NCBI GenBank assembly: GCA_964016885.1
Contig: OZ024753.1
Coordinates: forward strand, 9,672,001 to 9,736,000
Length of the DNA stretch: 64,000 nt
Direction of reading: 5' to 3'
Source of the DNA: Eledone cirrhosa
Taxonomy: Eukaryota
The notes under the pieces were generated by a model. The model saw only the letters and a program-made list of their open reading frames with translations, was not told the origin of the DNA and searched no databases. The translations under genes were made by a program, and so were the position numbers. This document shows, piece after piece, positions 1 through 11,930 of the stretch. Positions within the stretch are counted from its first letter, which is position 1. The number at the start of each line of letters is the position of its first letter.

Positions 1-130
1 ACATGTTACACCCAATACTCTATTGTCACTATATAACCCCCACATGTTACACCCAATACTCTATTGTTACTATATAACCCTTACTTTTTACACCCAATAT
101 TCTATTGTAACTACATCCAATAGTCTATTG
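1..130. repeat. ~41-bp tandem repeat, about 3 copies, cut by window edge
   Basis: acatgttacacccaatactctattgt.actatataaccc recurs at 1 and 42, with a degenerate copy near 83. Confidence 0.8.
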
Positions 131-871
131 TGCATTACTTATATGTATGTAACTCCCAGATGAAATAAGACATGTGATTTGTTCTGAGTTGAAATTCTAC
201 CTTCAAGAGGAAATAAATAAATTTAGTAGAAGTTTAGTACTAAAAGGTGTTGAACTGAAAGACTTGTTAAGATGTTAGATTATCTTTAATATATGTATGA
301 TGTACAGACACAAGCTAACAACTAGCCATTGAATATAGAAACCAGAAAACAGCAGAAACTGTTCGAAATATAGAAACATCATGAATGTATATGAGTTAAA
401 CAATTATTTCTATATATGTGTAGGTGCCATGACAAAGAGCACCAAATCCACACTGTAAATTGGTTGTGTAAGTGTCGCGACAAAAAGCACCCAGCCCACA
501 CAGTAAAGCAGTAATGTAGGTGTTACAATATAAAACACAAGAGAGAACACGTAATGAGCTAGAACACTAAGATAGAACACATTATGAACCAGAACTCTGA
601 GTTAGAACATATACTACGCCAGAACAAATAGAACAAGGCTTTTCACCTGATTTTCTAGCTATTTACCAATTTGGTTCCTTTATATCCATACATACATACT
701 TCCATCCATCCATACATACATCTGTATATACATACATTCATAAACCCATACATACATATATACATATATATATATACATATATAGGTAAGTTATTCAGGG
801 CTGAATTGGAGGTAACCACAGTAAGTAAGGTACTCAATACATAGCAGAGTATAAAAGTTTTAATATAGAAG

Positions 872-922
872 AGGTTCTACAGGACTAGAACTGTTTCATT
901 CGTGAGAAATCATCAGGAATCT
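872..922 (-). ncRNA. Type I hammerhead ribozyme motif (mirror copy)
   Basis: Minus strand: agattc-CTGATGA-tttctcacgaat-GAAA-cag-ttctagtc-ctg-TA-gaacct; perfect stem III, one mismatch in stem I. Confidence 0.7.
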
Positions 923-939
923 GACTCAGAATCTGAGTC

Positions 940-990
940 AGATTCCTGATGATTTCTCACGAATGAAACAGTTCCAGCCTTGTAGAATCT
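940..990 (+). ncRNA. Type I hammerhead ribozyme motif
   Basis: agattc-CTGATGA-t(ttc/tcac/gaa)t-GAAA-cag..ttg-TA-gaatct: stem I 940-945/985-990, conserved core, GUA cleavage triplet 982-984. Confidence 0.75.
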
Positions 991-1359
991 CTTCTATATT
1001 AAAACTTATATATATATATATATATATACAGACACACAGTACTTATAACTTCACCAGACCCACCCAGAACAAAAAAAAAGAGGAACATTTACTAAATAAT
1101 AATGATAATAATAATAATAAAAATCAAAAATTAGATGTATATCACTGGAAAGTTATTTCAGTATATAAAGAGGAACTATTCTTCCATTTGTCTTGAAATG
1201 CAGAATAAAATTGTATCTGCTCAGTAAATATACACCTTGTCTCCAACATTATCCTTCTTGTGGAATGGAAAGAAATAACTTCATTTTGGTCTTTCTTTGA
1301 TTTTTTTTTTGTTTTTTTTCTTTTACTTTTACATACTCCATATCCTTCGTTCTCCATCT

Positions 1360-1360
1360 T

Positions 1361-1394
<34 letters not shown>

Positions 1395-1482
1395 ATATAT
1401 ATATAGAGAGAGGGACATATACATATACACACATACATATATACACACATGCACACCTACATATGTACATATATACACACAT

Positions 1483-1550
<68 letters not shown>

Positions 1551-2010
1551 TATATATCTAAACATATACATATACATATACACACACACACATATACACA
1601 TGTACATACACACACATATATATATACTATATATCTAAACATATATATATATACATATATATATACATATATATATACATATATAGACACACACATACAC
1701 ACATACACATATATATATATATATATACTATATATCTAAACATATATATACATATATACATACACACATATATAGACATATATATACACATCCTTTATAT
1801 ATTGACTGTTTCAAAGACAAACCACAGTAGCTTGATATGATAGATAAAGGTGAAACTCTATCATTTACTTCAAGAGGGAGAGAAAGAAGAAATAACACAA
1901 AAAAGCTTTCTTATCCCATAACTAAGTCAGGTTAACTACACACACATATATGTATATATATTCACACACACACACACATACACACATATATATATATATA
2001 TATATACATA
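1360..2010. repeat. (TA)n/(CA)n compound microsatellite
   Basis: Direct inspection; interrupted by unique sequence at ~1795-1935. Confidence 0.9.
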
Positions 2011-2011
2011 T

Positions 2012-2126
2012 ATAGGAGAAAGTATGACCCCAACGGCAGAGCTCAAGCCGTTTCGGTGGCTATTTCTGGACTAAATAGCCGTAGAAACGGCGTGAGCTCT
2101 GGTGTCGAGGTCATACTTTCTCCTAT
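2012..2126. repeat. Imperfect ~115-bp palindrome carrying two hammerhead 3' halves
   Basis: taggagaaagtatgacc/ggtcatactttctccta, cagagctca/tgagctctg, gccgtttc/gaaacggc, ggctattt/aaatagcc. Confidence 0.85.
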
Positions 2127-2362
2127 TACCCACTCTACTACTCCAAGTATTGAGTACTCTGGTGCGTTATGGTCCATGTGGTTTCTTAATACAACTCCTC
2201 TGTTATATATATAAACACCTATAGTAAACATAAAAATAATAATATATACGAGTATATATATATATACATAAGCACATATATATATATATAGGGAGATAGA
2301 GATAAATAGGGGTATGTATGTGTGTATATATGTATGTATGTAAGTATATATAAGAGTCAATG

Positions 2363-2779
2363 GCCATCCCAAATACCCGGGAGAGATGACCCCTTAGCCT
2401 TTGTCAAGGCAGAATTCTAGGAGAAGGAAAACTCTGATATAACACCTGCAACCCTGATGGTATCCAATGATATTGACTTGTTCTTCTTTTTGGTAAATAT
2501 CATCTTGGTTAAGAGAGTGGGACTGGCTTTGGGCAGTGCCTTTGCTCCCTATAAAAGCTTCACGGCACAGACATTGCTTTATATCTGGAGATGTCTCTCT
2601 GCACTTGTCATGGGCCCAGCAATATGTGTCAATAATTGTCACAAGTGTAGTGTTTGTACCAGAGTTTTCAAGTCGCTGGCTGGACTAAAAAGTCACACCT
2701 GTTCAGCGCATCAGTAGGGGTTCTCCTACATGGATATAAAGTAGTGGCCGTACTCGAAAACGAGTTGGCAGCCACCATG
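2363..2779 (+). mobile_element. Short non-autonomous RTE-derived element
   Basis: ggagaaggaaaactctga motif, remnant C2H2-like CSVCTRVFKSLAGLKSH, end cgagttggcagccaccatg; second copy inverted at 35921-36292. Confidence 0.7.
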
Positions 2780-2845
2780 TAAGTATATATATATATAGAG
2801 AGAGAGAGATGTGAGAAAAACCACAGACCCTCCATCGCAACTCTA

Positions 2846-2876
2846 CTTTTCAGAAGAACTGCGAAACCGGTAAAGG
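2846..2876 (+). ncRNA. Degenerate minimal hammerhead remnant
   Basis: ctttt-CAGAAGA-actgc-GAAA-CCGG-TA-aagg: palindromic stem III, core U4 mutated, stem II lost. Confidence 0.4.
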
Positions 2877-2961
2877 AACCAAATAAATATATATATTTTT
2901 TTTAAATAAGACTCCAGTTGCATTTTCGATTTCATCTTTTTTTATATATATGTAAATCATT

Positions 2962-3305
2962 TTCATCATCATCATTTCATTTTTACGTCTGCTTTTTCCC
3001 TGCTTGCAAGGGTGGGACGGGAACTGATTCTGGCTTGATTTCTACAGCTGCATGCCCTTCCTAACACCAACCTCATTTACAGTGAGGGCTGGGTACTTTT
3101 TTGCCGTGGCACCTCCACATCCACTTTGCAGTGGAATGATATGGACCCCAGTCCCTATCATCTCATTTCTACAGCTGAGTAAACTGGAGCAATGTGAAAT
3201 AAAGTGTCTTGCTCAAGGAAACAACACATCACCCGGTCTGAGAATTGAACTCACGACCTTTTGATTGCAAGGCCAGTGCTCTAACCACTAAGTCATGTGC
3301 CTTCA
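2962..3305 (-). mobile_element. SINE family A (tRNA head + CORE-like body + RTE 3' tail)
   Basis: A/B-box-like head, ccttgagcaagacacttta body, cccacccttgcaagcaggg..(GAT)n tail; many near-identical copies in window. Confidence 0.9.
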
Positions 3306-3482
3306 CATATATATATATATATAGAATGATTAGGTATCGAGAGAGAGAATAGAATAGAAAGATGGTCAATACATATATTTAGTTGCCAATAGTGTATGCA
3401 TGTGTGCTCAATACTCGTGCCTACAGGGTTAAATATTAGAGGTGTCAATATTTAGTGGGCGAGGAAAAATAAGCAGAGAGAT

Positions 3483-3568
3483 TATAAAGGAAATGAATAG
3501 AAAGAGTTTAAAAGCGTTAAAACATGTTTATATAATTGTATATATAACGCTTTTATTGTATTCATTTC

Positions 3569-3575
<7 letters not shown>
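3483..3575. repeat. Imperfect inverted repeat ending a unique segment (3320-3575) between (TA)n tracts
   Basis: tataaaggaaatgaata..aaaagcgtta / taacgctttt..tattcatttcctttata. Confidence 0.7.
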
Positions 3576-3615
<40 letters not shown>

Positions 3616-3774
3616 AGCACATATATATAGAGAGAGAGGGATAGAGAAAAATAGGGGTATGTATGTGTGTATATATGTAAGTATGTATATATATATACAC
3701 AACCACATATATATAGAGAGAGAGATAGAGAAAAATAGGGGTATGTATGTGTGTATATATGTATGTATGTAAGC

Positions 3775-3814
<40 letters not shown>

Positions 3815-3888
3815 GCACATATATATATAGAGAGAGATAGAGAAAAATAGGGGTATGTATGTGTGCATATATGTATGCATGTAAGCAT

Positions 3889-3941
<53 letters not shown>

Positions 3942-4241
3942 CAGAAGCACATATATATAGAGAGAGAGATAGAGATAAATAGGGGTATGTGTGTGTGTAT
4001 ATATGTAAGTATATATATATATATATAAACAGTTATAGTAGACATAAAAATGATAATATATGAGTATATATATATATACACAAGCACATATATAGAGGGA
4101 GATAGAGGATAAATAGGGGTATGTATGTGTATATATACGTATGTAAGTATGTATATATATATATATATATGTGTGTGCATGTATATATATATATATGTGT
4201 TTGCGTGTATATATATATATGTGTGTGTGTATGCATGTGTG

Positions 4242-4279
<38 letters not shown>

Positions 4280-4313
4280 CATATATGTGTGTATGCATGT
4301 ATATAGATATATA

Positions 4314-4362
<49 letters not shown>

Positions 4363-4415
4363 ATGTGTGTATATATATGTGTGTGTGTATATACATATGT
4401 GTGTGTGGGTGTATG
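3575..4415. repeat. (TA)n-based minisatellite with gagaaaaataggggtatg anchor
   Basis: Anchor recurs about 5 times; related copy at ~2200-2350. Confidence 0.85.
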
Positions 4416-4778
4416 TCATCAACACCGTTTAACATCCATTGTTCAAGCTAACATGGGTGTACATACATACATCCATACATACATAATATATATTTGTGAA
4501 ATGGGTGGTGGTTGAAATTCAGTTGTACACGGTTAAATGGTAGTAGACGTGGTCGGACGGACATGAAAATTTACACACCTATGTAAAAAGTGCCAAGGAA
4601 GCAGATAGATGAGGTTTCAAATCTCTAACTTGAAAAATGTGGTCCCTGGGGCCCCAAAACGGTCTATTTACTATCGCGTTCGGTGAGTTATTTCCCCCTG
4701 TTCTAATACCTTTGTCTTATTTACAATTTCATACAAATAAAGCAGGATTATGAGTTCATGCAATTGACTTATGTTTCG

Positions 4779-4832
<54 letters not shown>

Positions 4833-5539
4833 GGAGGTGAGTTTTATTGTAGTACAATAAAGCAATGCAGATATCGGATAAGAAGCACTCTACAGTTTGT
4901 AGGACTGGAGTATACATAATATATAAGAACAAAATGTTGATTTAAAACTGAACTATCCACAAGTGTTTTTTAACCTTCATATCATGTCTTCCTGTTTTAT
5001 CTGATGTAAACACAAATATTATTGCATGATGATATTTGTTTTTGAAATGCGCATAATAAAATACATGGAACTCTTTTAACCATTTTTTGTTCTTATATAT
5101 ATATATATATATATATAATATGAAAACGCTTTAATAAAAAAAAAATATCAACTGTAATGTATGTATGCATGTATTTATGTGTTTATATGAGCGGGGATAT
5201 GCAAGTAAATCTTACTTTGTGGACAGCTGCCCCTTAGCATAATATTCATGCTAGAACAGCATATATTTGAAAGTTTTCAGGGAGTTGAATTACTGATTTT
5301 GGATCGGCAGCTTTAGCTTTGAAAAAATGAAATGTGCAGTGTAAACATTTTTTATTATTCCTCTGGGGATGAATCTTCTCTGCCTTTTTCCATCTCTTTC
5401 TTTCTCACTGAAAGAAATCAGCCGTAGTAAGACATAAAAAAATGGTTAGATACACCATGACGCACCGTGCATCACGGTGGAGTTGAAAAGCAGACTCAGA
5501 ACATGGCGTTGTGTGGGGGTCGCTCGCAGCCCAATGTTC

Positions 5540-5693
5540 CAAGGGGAGGAGGAGGAGAAGGGGAGGAGGGGGGGGGGAGATGATGGGGGAGGAGGAGGAG
5601 GAGGAGGAGGAGGAGGAAGAAGAAGAAGAAGAAGAAGAAGAAGAAGAAGAAGAAGAAGAAGAAGAAGAAGAAAAAGAAGAAGAAGAAGAAGAA
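5540..5693. repeat. (GGA)n(GAA)n polypurine tract
   Basis: Direct inspection. Confidence 0.95.
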
Positions 5694-5906
5694 GTGGTTG
5701 GACGTTGTTTATGTAGGTGTAGTCGGATAAACGTCGAAACGGCTTGGTGGAATGCAGCGAAAATTTACACAGTTATGCAGAATGACCCGAGGAGGCGTTG
5801 GGTCTAATTTGCATATCACTCGATATGCAAATTAGGCTGCTCAGCCGTTAATATGCATAAGGAAAGTATATACTTTCAGATGTTCAACCATCTGGCAGGA
5901 AGGTAT

Positions 5907-5949
5907 ACGATGTTGACGATAGCTAATAAGCTTGAAACTAGTACATCGT
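5907..5949 (+). ncRNA. Minimal type I hammerhead ribozyme motif (U3 variant)
   Basis: acgatg-TTGACGA-t(agct/aata/agct)t-GAAA-CTAG-TA-catcgt; palindromic ACTAGT stem III; helix I extendable by tgttcaac..ctggcagga / tcctgtgtcag..gttgaaca (5881-5969). Confidence 0.8.
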
Positions 5950-6449
5950 TCCTGTGTCAGTGTTGAACAAAAAGGTGACGTGGTTGCCTAAACACTGTAC
6001 GGCGTAATTCATAATAAATGTTCGGTAGACCGATACATGCATATATATATATGTGTGCATGTATATATATATATACATACTACTGTACGTCTGTATACAT
6101 ATATGTATGTACGTATACATACATACATACTTACATTTAAGTGCCGTACTAAGAGTGAGAAATGGAATTTCGTTTCAGTCTATTCCATTTATCTATATAT
6201 AGATATATATAGATATATATATATATATGCATACACCTATATACACACGCATACAGACACATTATATGCATGAACCTATATGCACAGCCTTACATACACA
6301 CATACACAGCCATACATTGACATAGACAGCAAGTCGTTTCAGAACGAGCCATTATCTGGGAACATGCTGATGGATGGACAACAAAAGATAAATAAAATAA
6401 AATGAAAGATTCTTCAACAGAAATATATATTGCTGGACTCCACCAAAGA

Positions 6450-6536
6450 ATATATATATATGTGTGTGTGTATGTATATATATGTGTGTGTGTATATATA
6501 TATATAAATATACACAGGTGTGTATGATATATGTAT

Positions 6537-6583
<47 letters not shown>

Positions 6584-6592
6584 TATATACAC

Positions 6593-6623
<31 letters not shown>

Positions 6624-6752
6624 TACACACACATATATATATATATATACACACACATATATATATATATACACACACACATATATATATATACACACAC
6701 ACATATATACACACACACACACATATATATACACACACACACACACATATAT

Positions 6753-6785
<33 letters not shown>

Positions 6786-6852
6786 TATATACACACACAC
6801 ACATATATATACACACACACATATATATACACACACACACACACATATATAT

Positions 6853-6888
<36 letters not shown>

Positions 6889-7370
6889 GTGTGTGTGTAT
6901 ACATCTATCCATGTAAATGCATCTCTATCTCTTTATCTCTATATATGCCTGTGCATAGGTTCACACACACACACACACATATATATATACACACACATAT
7001 ATATATATATGTGTGTGTGTGTATACATCTATCCATGTAAATGCATCTCTATCTCTTTATCTCTATATATGCCTGTGCATAGGTTCACACACACACACAC
7101 ACATATATATATACACACACATATATATATATATGTGTGTGTGTGTATACATCTATCCATGTAAATGCATCTCTATCTCTTTATCTCTATATATGCCTGT
7201 GCATAGGTTCACACACACACACACACATATATATACACACACACATATATATATATATATATGTGTGTGTGTATACATCTATCCATGTAAATGCATCTCT
7301 ATCTCTTTATCTCTATATATGCCTGTGCATAGGTTCACACACACACACACACATATATATATATGTAGAC
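6450..7370. repeat. (TA)/(CA) microsatellite, then ~124-bp tandem repeat x4
   Basis: acatctatccatgtaaatgcatctc at ~6901, 7025, 7149, 7274. Confidence 0.9.
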
Positions 7371-7789
7371 ACATCCTAAGAAAGAAGGACAAAAAGTCTA
7401 TAGAATTAAGTAGAGGGCATAACACACAGTAGTCGGCTTAATACACAGCATCTGATGACTGTAAAAAGATTGCTTTTCTTCTGTATGAATAGAGTTCGGA
7501 GCTAACATTTTTGAAACATATTTCAGTGTGAGATAAAAATAAACAAATACATGGGTGACTCTGGTAAAAGTTGATATTATTCTAAAAACTTATTTTTCTT
7601 CTTTCCTTTGCAAAGCTTTTAAGTTTGAGAATTTGCTGAGCACTGAGGTGAGAGAGAGACAGGTAAAAATGCATCCTACTGACTCTGGCAGAAATGGATC
7701 TACCTTCAGCCAGCATCTGTAAGCTGGAGAACACAGCAAAGGAAAGGTTTGCCTTGCTATTGTGTTCATCAGGACTAATCCTTAATCTT

Positions 7790-8090
7790 TGTGGTATAGG
7801 AAGGCGGTAGGAACCCCTGGATTAAACATTAGCCCTATTGTAGTGATATTTAAAGAAAGGACATCTAACCATAGAAAGCTTGCTAAACAAAGGGCTGGGA
7901 GGACCCCTCCGTCATGTCAAGGACACGACAACCTCCATAGTGTTGGTGACCTACAAGATAAATGTACCCAGTACATGCTGTAAAGTGGTTGGTGATAGGA
8001 AGGGCATCCAGCTATAGAAAGCTTGCCTAACAAAGGGTTCAGAGCCCCATCTGGTGTGTCAAAAACAAGACAACTTCCCTTGTGCACTCG
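7790..8090 (+). mobile_element. Degenerate RTE-related interspersed repeat
   Basis: taggaagggcatccagc..agaaagcttgc modules; homologous to 63480-63950. Confidence 0.6.
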
Positions 8091-8094
8091 GTAG

Positions 8095-9010
8095 AATGTT
8101 CTGAGTTCAAATCTCACTGAGGTTAGTATTGGCTTTCATCTTTATGGGGTTGATAAAATACAGTACCAGTAACACACTGGTGTTGATTTAATCGATTTTC
8201 CCCTCTCCCCTATAGTAGAAATCAGTATTTAATATTAGGGTGGTGGATTGGCAGTATCAGTAGAGCAAAGAGTTACAGTCTGAGTTCAAATCCCGCCGAG
8301 GTTAACTTTGCCTTTCATCCTTAAGGGGTCGATAAAATAAAGTACCAGTAATGTACTGGAGTCGATTTAATCGACTTTCCCTTACTCCAAAATTGCTGAC
8401 CTTGTGCCTATATAAGAAACCATTATTAGGGCGATGGATAGGCAGTATCGGTAGACGGACGGACGCCATGCTCTGCAGCACAGAGTTACGGCCCTTTATG
8501 ATCTGAGTTCAAATCCCACCAAGGTTAACTTTGCCTTTCATCCTTACGGGGTCGATAAAATAAAGTACCAGTCACGCACTTGGGTCGATTTAATCGACTT
8601 TCCTCTCCCCCAAAATTGCAGGCCTTGTGCCTATATAAGAAACCATCAGTATCAGTAGAGGGTCGGACGCCATGCTTTGACGCATAGAGTTACGGCTCTT
8701 GCCATTCTGAGTTCAAATCCCGCCGAGGTTAAATTTGCCTTTTCATCTTTACGGGGTCGATAAAATAAAGTACCAGTAATGTACTGGGGTAATTGCTGGC
8801 CTTGTGCTAATAGTAGAAACAAGGCCAGCAATTACCCTGTGCATTACTGGTACTTTATTTTATCGACCCCGTAAGGATGAAAGGCAAAGTTAATCCCGTC
8901 GAGGTTAACTTTGCCTTTCATCCTTACGGGGTCGATAAAATAAAGTACCAGTAATGTACTGGAGTAATTGCTGGCCTTGTGCCAATAGTAGAAACAATTA
9001 TTATTATTAT
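8095..9010 (+). mobile_element. Cluster of ~5 tandem SINE family B copies (tRNA head + Nin/Deu-like core) with one inverted segment
   Basis: gagttcaaatcc B-box followed by gcctttcatccttacggggtcgataaaataaagtaccag, repeated; ~8818-8893 inverted. Confidence 0.9.
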
Positions 9011-9218
9011 TACCATCAATGTTGTTAGTTTGTTGGCCAAACTAGAGATCTTTTTTCACATCTCTTTTTATTTCTGTTTTATTGTATTTCAGATTTTGCC
9101 ACTTTTCAGTTCAGTTGTTATGATTTCGATTAAAATAACACTTTATCAAACTATATAGCATTTGTTGACAATAGAAACTTGGAAGAGGAAACTGTGTGTG
9201 TGTGTGTGTGGGTGTGAG

Positions 9219-9276
<58 letters not shown>

Positions 9277-9294
9277 AATATATATACGTATATA

Positions 9295-9684
9295 TCATCA
9301 TCATCATTTCATTTTACGTCCGCTTTTTCCCTGCTTGCAAGGGTGGGACGGGAACTGATTCTGGCTTGATTTCTACAGCTGGATGCCCTTGCTAACACCA
9401 ACCTCATTTACAGTGAGTGCTGGGTGCTTTTTTGTTGTGGCCCCTACACGTCCACTTTACAGTGTGGGCTGGGTGCTTTTTTGCTGTGGCACCTCCACAA
9501 CCACTTTGCAGTGGAATGATAGGGACCCTAGTTCTATCATCTCATTTCTACAGCTGAGTAAACTGGAGCAATGTGAAATAAAGTGTCTTTCTCAAGGACA
9601 CAACACATCACCCTGTCTGAGAATTGTACTCACAACCTTTCGATTGTAAGGCCAATGCTCTAACCACTAAGTCACGTGCCTCCA
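9295..9684 (-). mobile_element. SINE family A
   Basis: As 2962-3305, with one extra ~45-bp internal module. Confidence 0.9.
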
Positions 9685-9770
9685 TATATATATATATATA
9701 TATATAAATGAAGTAATTCCGTCGGAAAAGTCCAGGAAAAAAGAGTGCTCTATGTAGGTAACAGAGCTTA

Positions 9771-9874
9771 ATAGTTATGTAATAAACAACATAAGGCAAT
9801 TATTCCATTTACCAGTGCTTTTAAGAAACCACTGGTAAATGGAATAATTGCCTTATGTTGTTTATTACATAACT

Positions 9875-9876
<2 letters not shown>
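9771..9876. repeat. Perfect 47-bp inverted repeat with 12-nt spacer (hammerhead 3' half)
   Basis: Arms 9771-9817/9830-9876; GAAA-CCACTGG-TA-aatggaa at 9826; abuts (TA)n. Confidence 0.9.
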
Positions 9877-9905
<29 letters not shown>

Positions 9906-10078
9906 AATATATATATGTATATATATATATATATATACGTATATATATATATATATATATATATACGTATATATATATATATATATATATATATACGTAT
10001 ATATATATATATATATATATACGTATATATATATATATATATATATATACGTATATATATATATATATATATATATAC

Positions 10079-10124
<46 letters not shown>

Positions 10125-10218
10125 GTATATATATATATATATATATATATACGTATATATATATATATATACGTATATATATATATATATATACGTATAT
10201 ATATATATATATATATAC

Positions 10219-10252
<34 letters not shown>

Positions 10253-10262
10253 GTATATATAC

Positions 10263-10298
<36 letters not shown>

Positions 10299-10320
10299 TT
10301 ATACGTATATATATATATAA
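9876..10320. repeat. (TA)n tract punctuated by CG
   Basis: tatatacgtatata at variable spacing. Confidence 0.95.
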
Positions 10321-10321
10321 A

Positions 10322-10740
10322 TATGCCTGTGTAAGGAGTGCGATGCTGCATGGTAGTGAGACATGGGCAGCAACTGCAGAGGATATGCGACAGCTGGAGA
10401 GAAATGAGGCAAGCATGCTCCGTTGGATGTGCAATGTCATTGTGCGTGAACGACCAAGCATGGATGTGTTGAGAGGGATAGAATGAGGTGGTATGGACGT
10501 GTGATGCGCATGGAGGATGACCGATGGGTGAAGAAGTGCCTGGAAATGCCAGTTGAAGGAAGACGTGGTAGAGGTAGACCACGAAAAACATGGGCGGAGG
10601 TGGTGAGAGCAGACCTCAGATCACTGAAGCTCACGGTGGAAATGACGAGGGACCGTGACGAGTGGAGAGATGCTGTGGTGAATAAGACCCGTCCCACCCT
10701 TGCAAGCAGGGAAAAGCGGACATGAAATGATGATGATGAT
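10322..10740 (+). mobile_element. RTE LINE 3' fragment
   Basis: [18 protein letters not shown]; [21 protein letters not shown]; short 3'UTR and (GAT)n tail. Confidence 0.9.
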
Positions 10741-10746
10741 ATATAT

Positions 10747-10777
<31 letters not shown>

Positions 10778-11128
10778 CATACACACATATATACACACAC
10801 ACATGTATATATATGTGTATGTGTGTGTGTGTGTACTTTTCACAATTCAGCTTCCATAATGATTCTAACACAGTATAAAACTACCAGTAAAAATGATATA
10901 CCTATGTGAACTACAAATTAGAGTGTCGCTGGCTTTTCTACTTATCTTCATTGTCTCCAGTGGGAGGGGGGAAGGGGGAGAGACAGCGATTAGAGAGAGA
11001 GTAAGGGAGAGAGAGAGCAAGAGAGAGAGAGAGAGAGAGAAAGAAAGAAAGAGAAAAGAAAGGACCTTTAACTTCTGATAGAGTTATAGAGGTCTGACTC
11101 GACACAATTGTCTTGGAATTATTGAGGA

Positions 11129-11237
11129 GTTCAAATCCCGCCAAGGTTAACTTTGCCTTTCATCCTTAAGGGGTCGATAAAATAAAGTACCAGTAATACA
11201 CTGGGGTAATTGCTGGCCTTGTGCCAAAAGTAGAAAC
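11129..11237 (+). mobile_element. 5'-truncated SINE family B with TSD
   Basis: Flanking direct repeat aattattgagga at 11117-11128 and 11238-11249. Confidence 0.9.
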
Positions 11238-11254
11238 AATTATTGAGGAATCAG

Positions 11255-11930
11255 CTCTCTCATATGTACACAGTCTCTCTCTCTCTCACACACACAGCCT
11301 CTCTCTCTCACAAACACAGTCTCTCTCTCTCACACACACAGCCTCTCTCCCTCACAAACACAGTCTCTCTCTCTCTCTCACACACAGCCTCTCTCTCTCT
11401 CACAAACACAGTCTCTCTCTCATACACAGTCTCTCTCACACAGTCTCTCTCTCTCTCTCACACAGTCTCTCTCTCTCTCACACACAGTCTCTCTCTCATA
11501 CACAGTCTCTCTCACTCTCTCACACTCACACACACACAGTCTCTCTCTCACACACAGCCTCTCTCTCACACACACAGCCTCTCTCTCTCTCTCACACACA
11601 GCCTCTCTCTCTCACACAGTCTCTCTCTCTCTCTCTCTCTCTCTGACAGTCTCTCTCTCTCTCTCACACACACACAGTCTCTCTCTCTCACACACAGTCT
11701 CTCTCACACAGTCTCTCTCTCTCACACAGAGTCTCTCTCTCTCTCACTCACACACACACACAGTCTCTCCCTCACACAGCCTCTCTCTCACACACAGCCT
11801 CTCTCTCACACACAGCCCCTCTCTCTCATACACACAACCTCTCTCTTTCCCTCTCACACACAGCCTCTCTCTCTCTCACACACAGCTTCTCTCTTTCCCT
11901 CTCACACACAGCCGCTCTCTCTCTCTCATA
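11255..11930. repeat. (CT)n(CA)nG compound minisatellite
   Basis: cagtctctctct..cacaca units. Confidence 0.95.

Larger units (their letters stand above)
855..1007. repeat. Fold-back palindrome (Penelope-like pseudo-LTR remnant)
   Basis: Perfect 43-bp arms 888-930/932-974 around one base; extends with a few mismatches to 855/1007; abuts (TA)n. Confidence 0.9.

Noticed and set aside
2457-2717. C2H2 zinc-finger gene
   Set aside because: Single incomplete finger inside a two-copy RTE-derived repeat
4500-4720. Possible Helitron/Helentron fragment
   Set aside because: Suggestive internal motifs only; no termini identified
6320-6450. Minus-strand TTGAAGA...GAAA as a hammerhead
   Set aside because: Stem I and stem II cannot be formed convincingly
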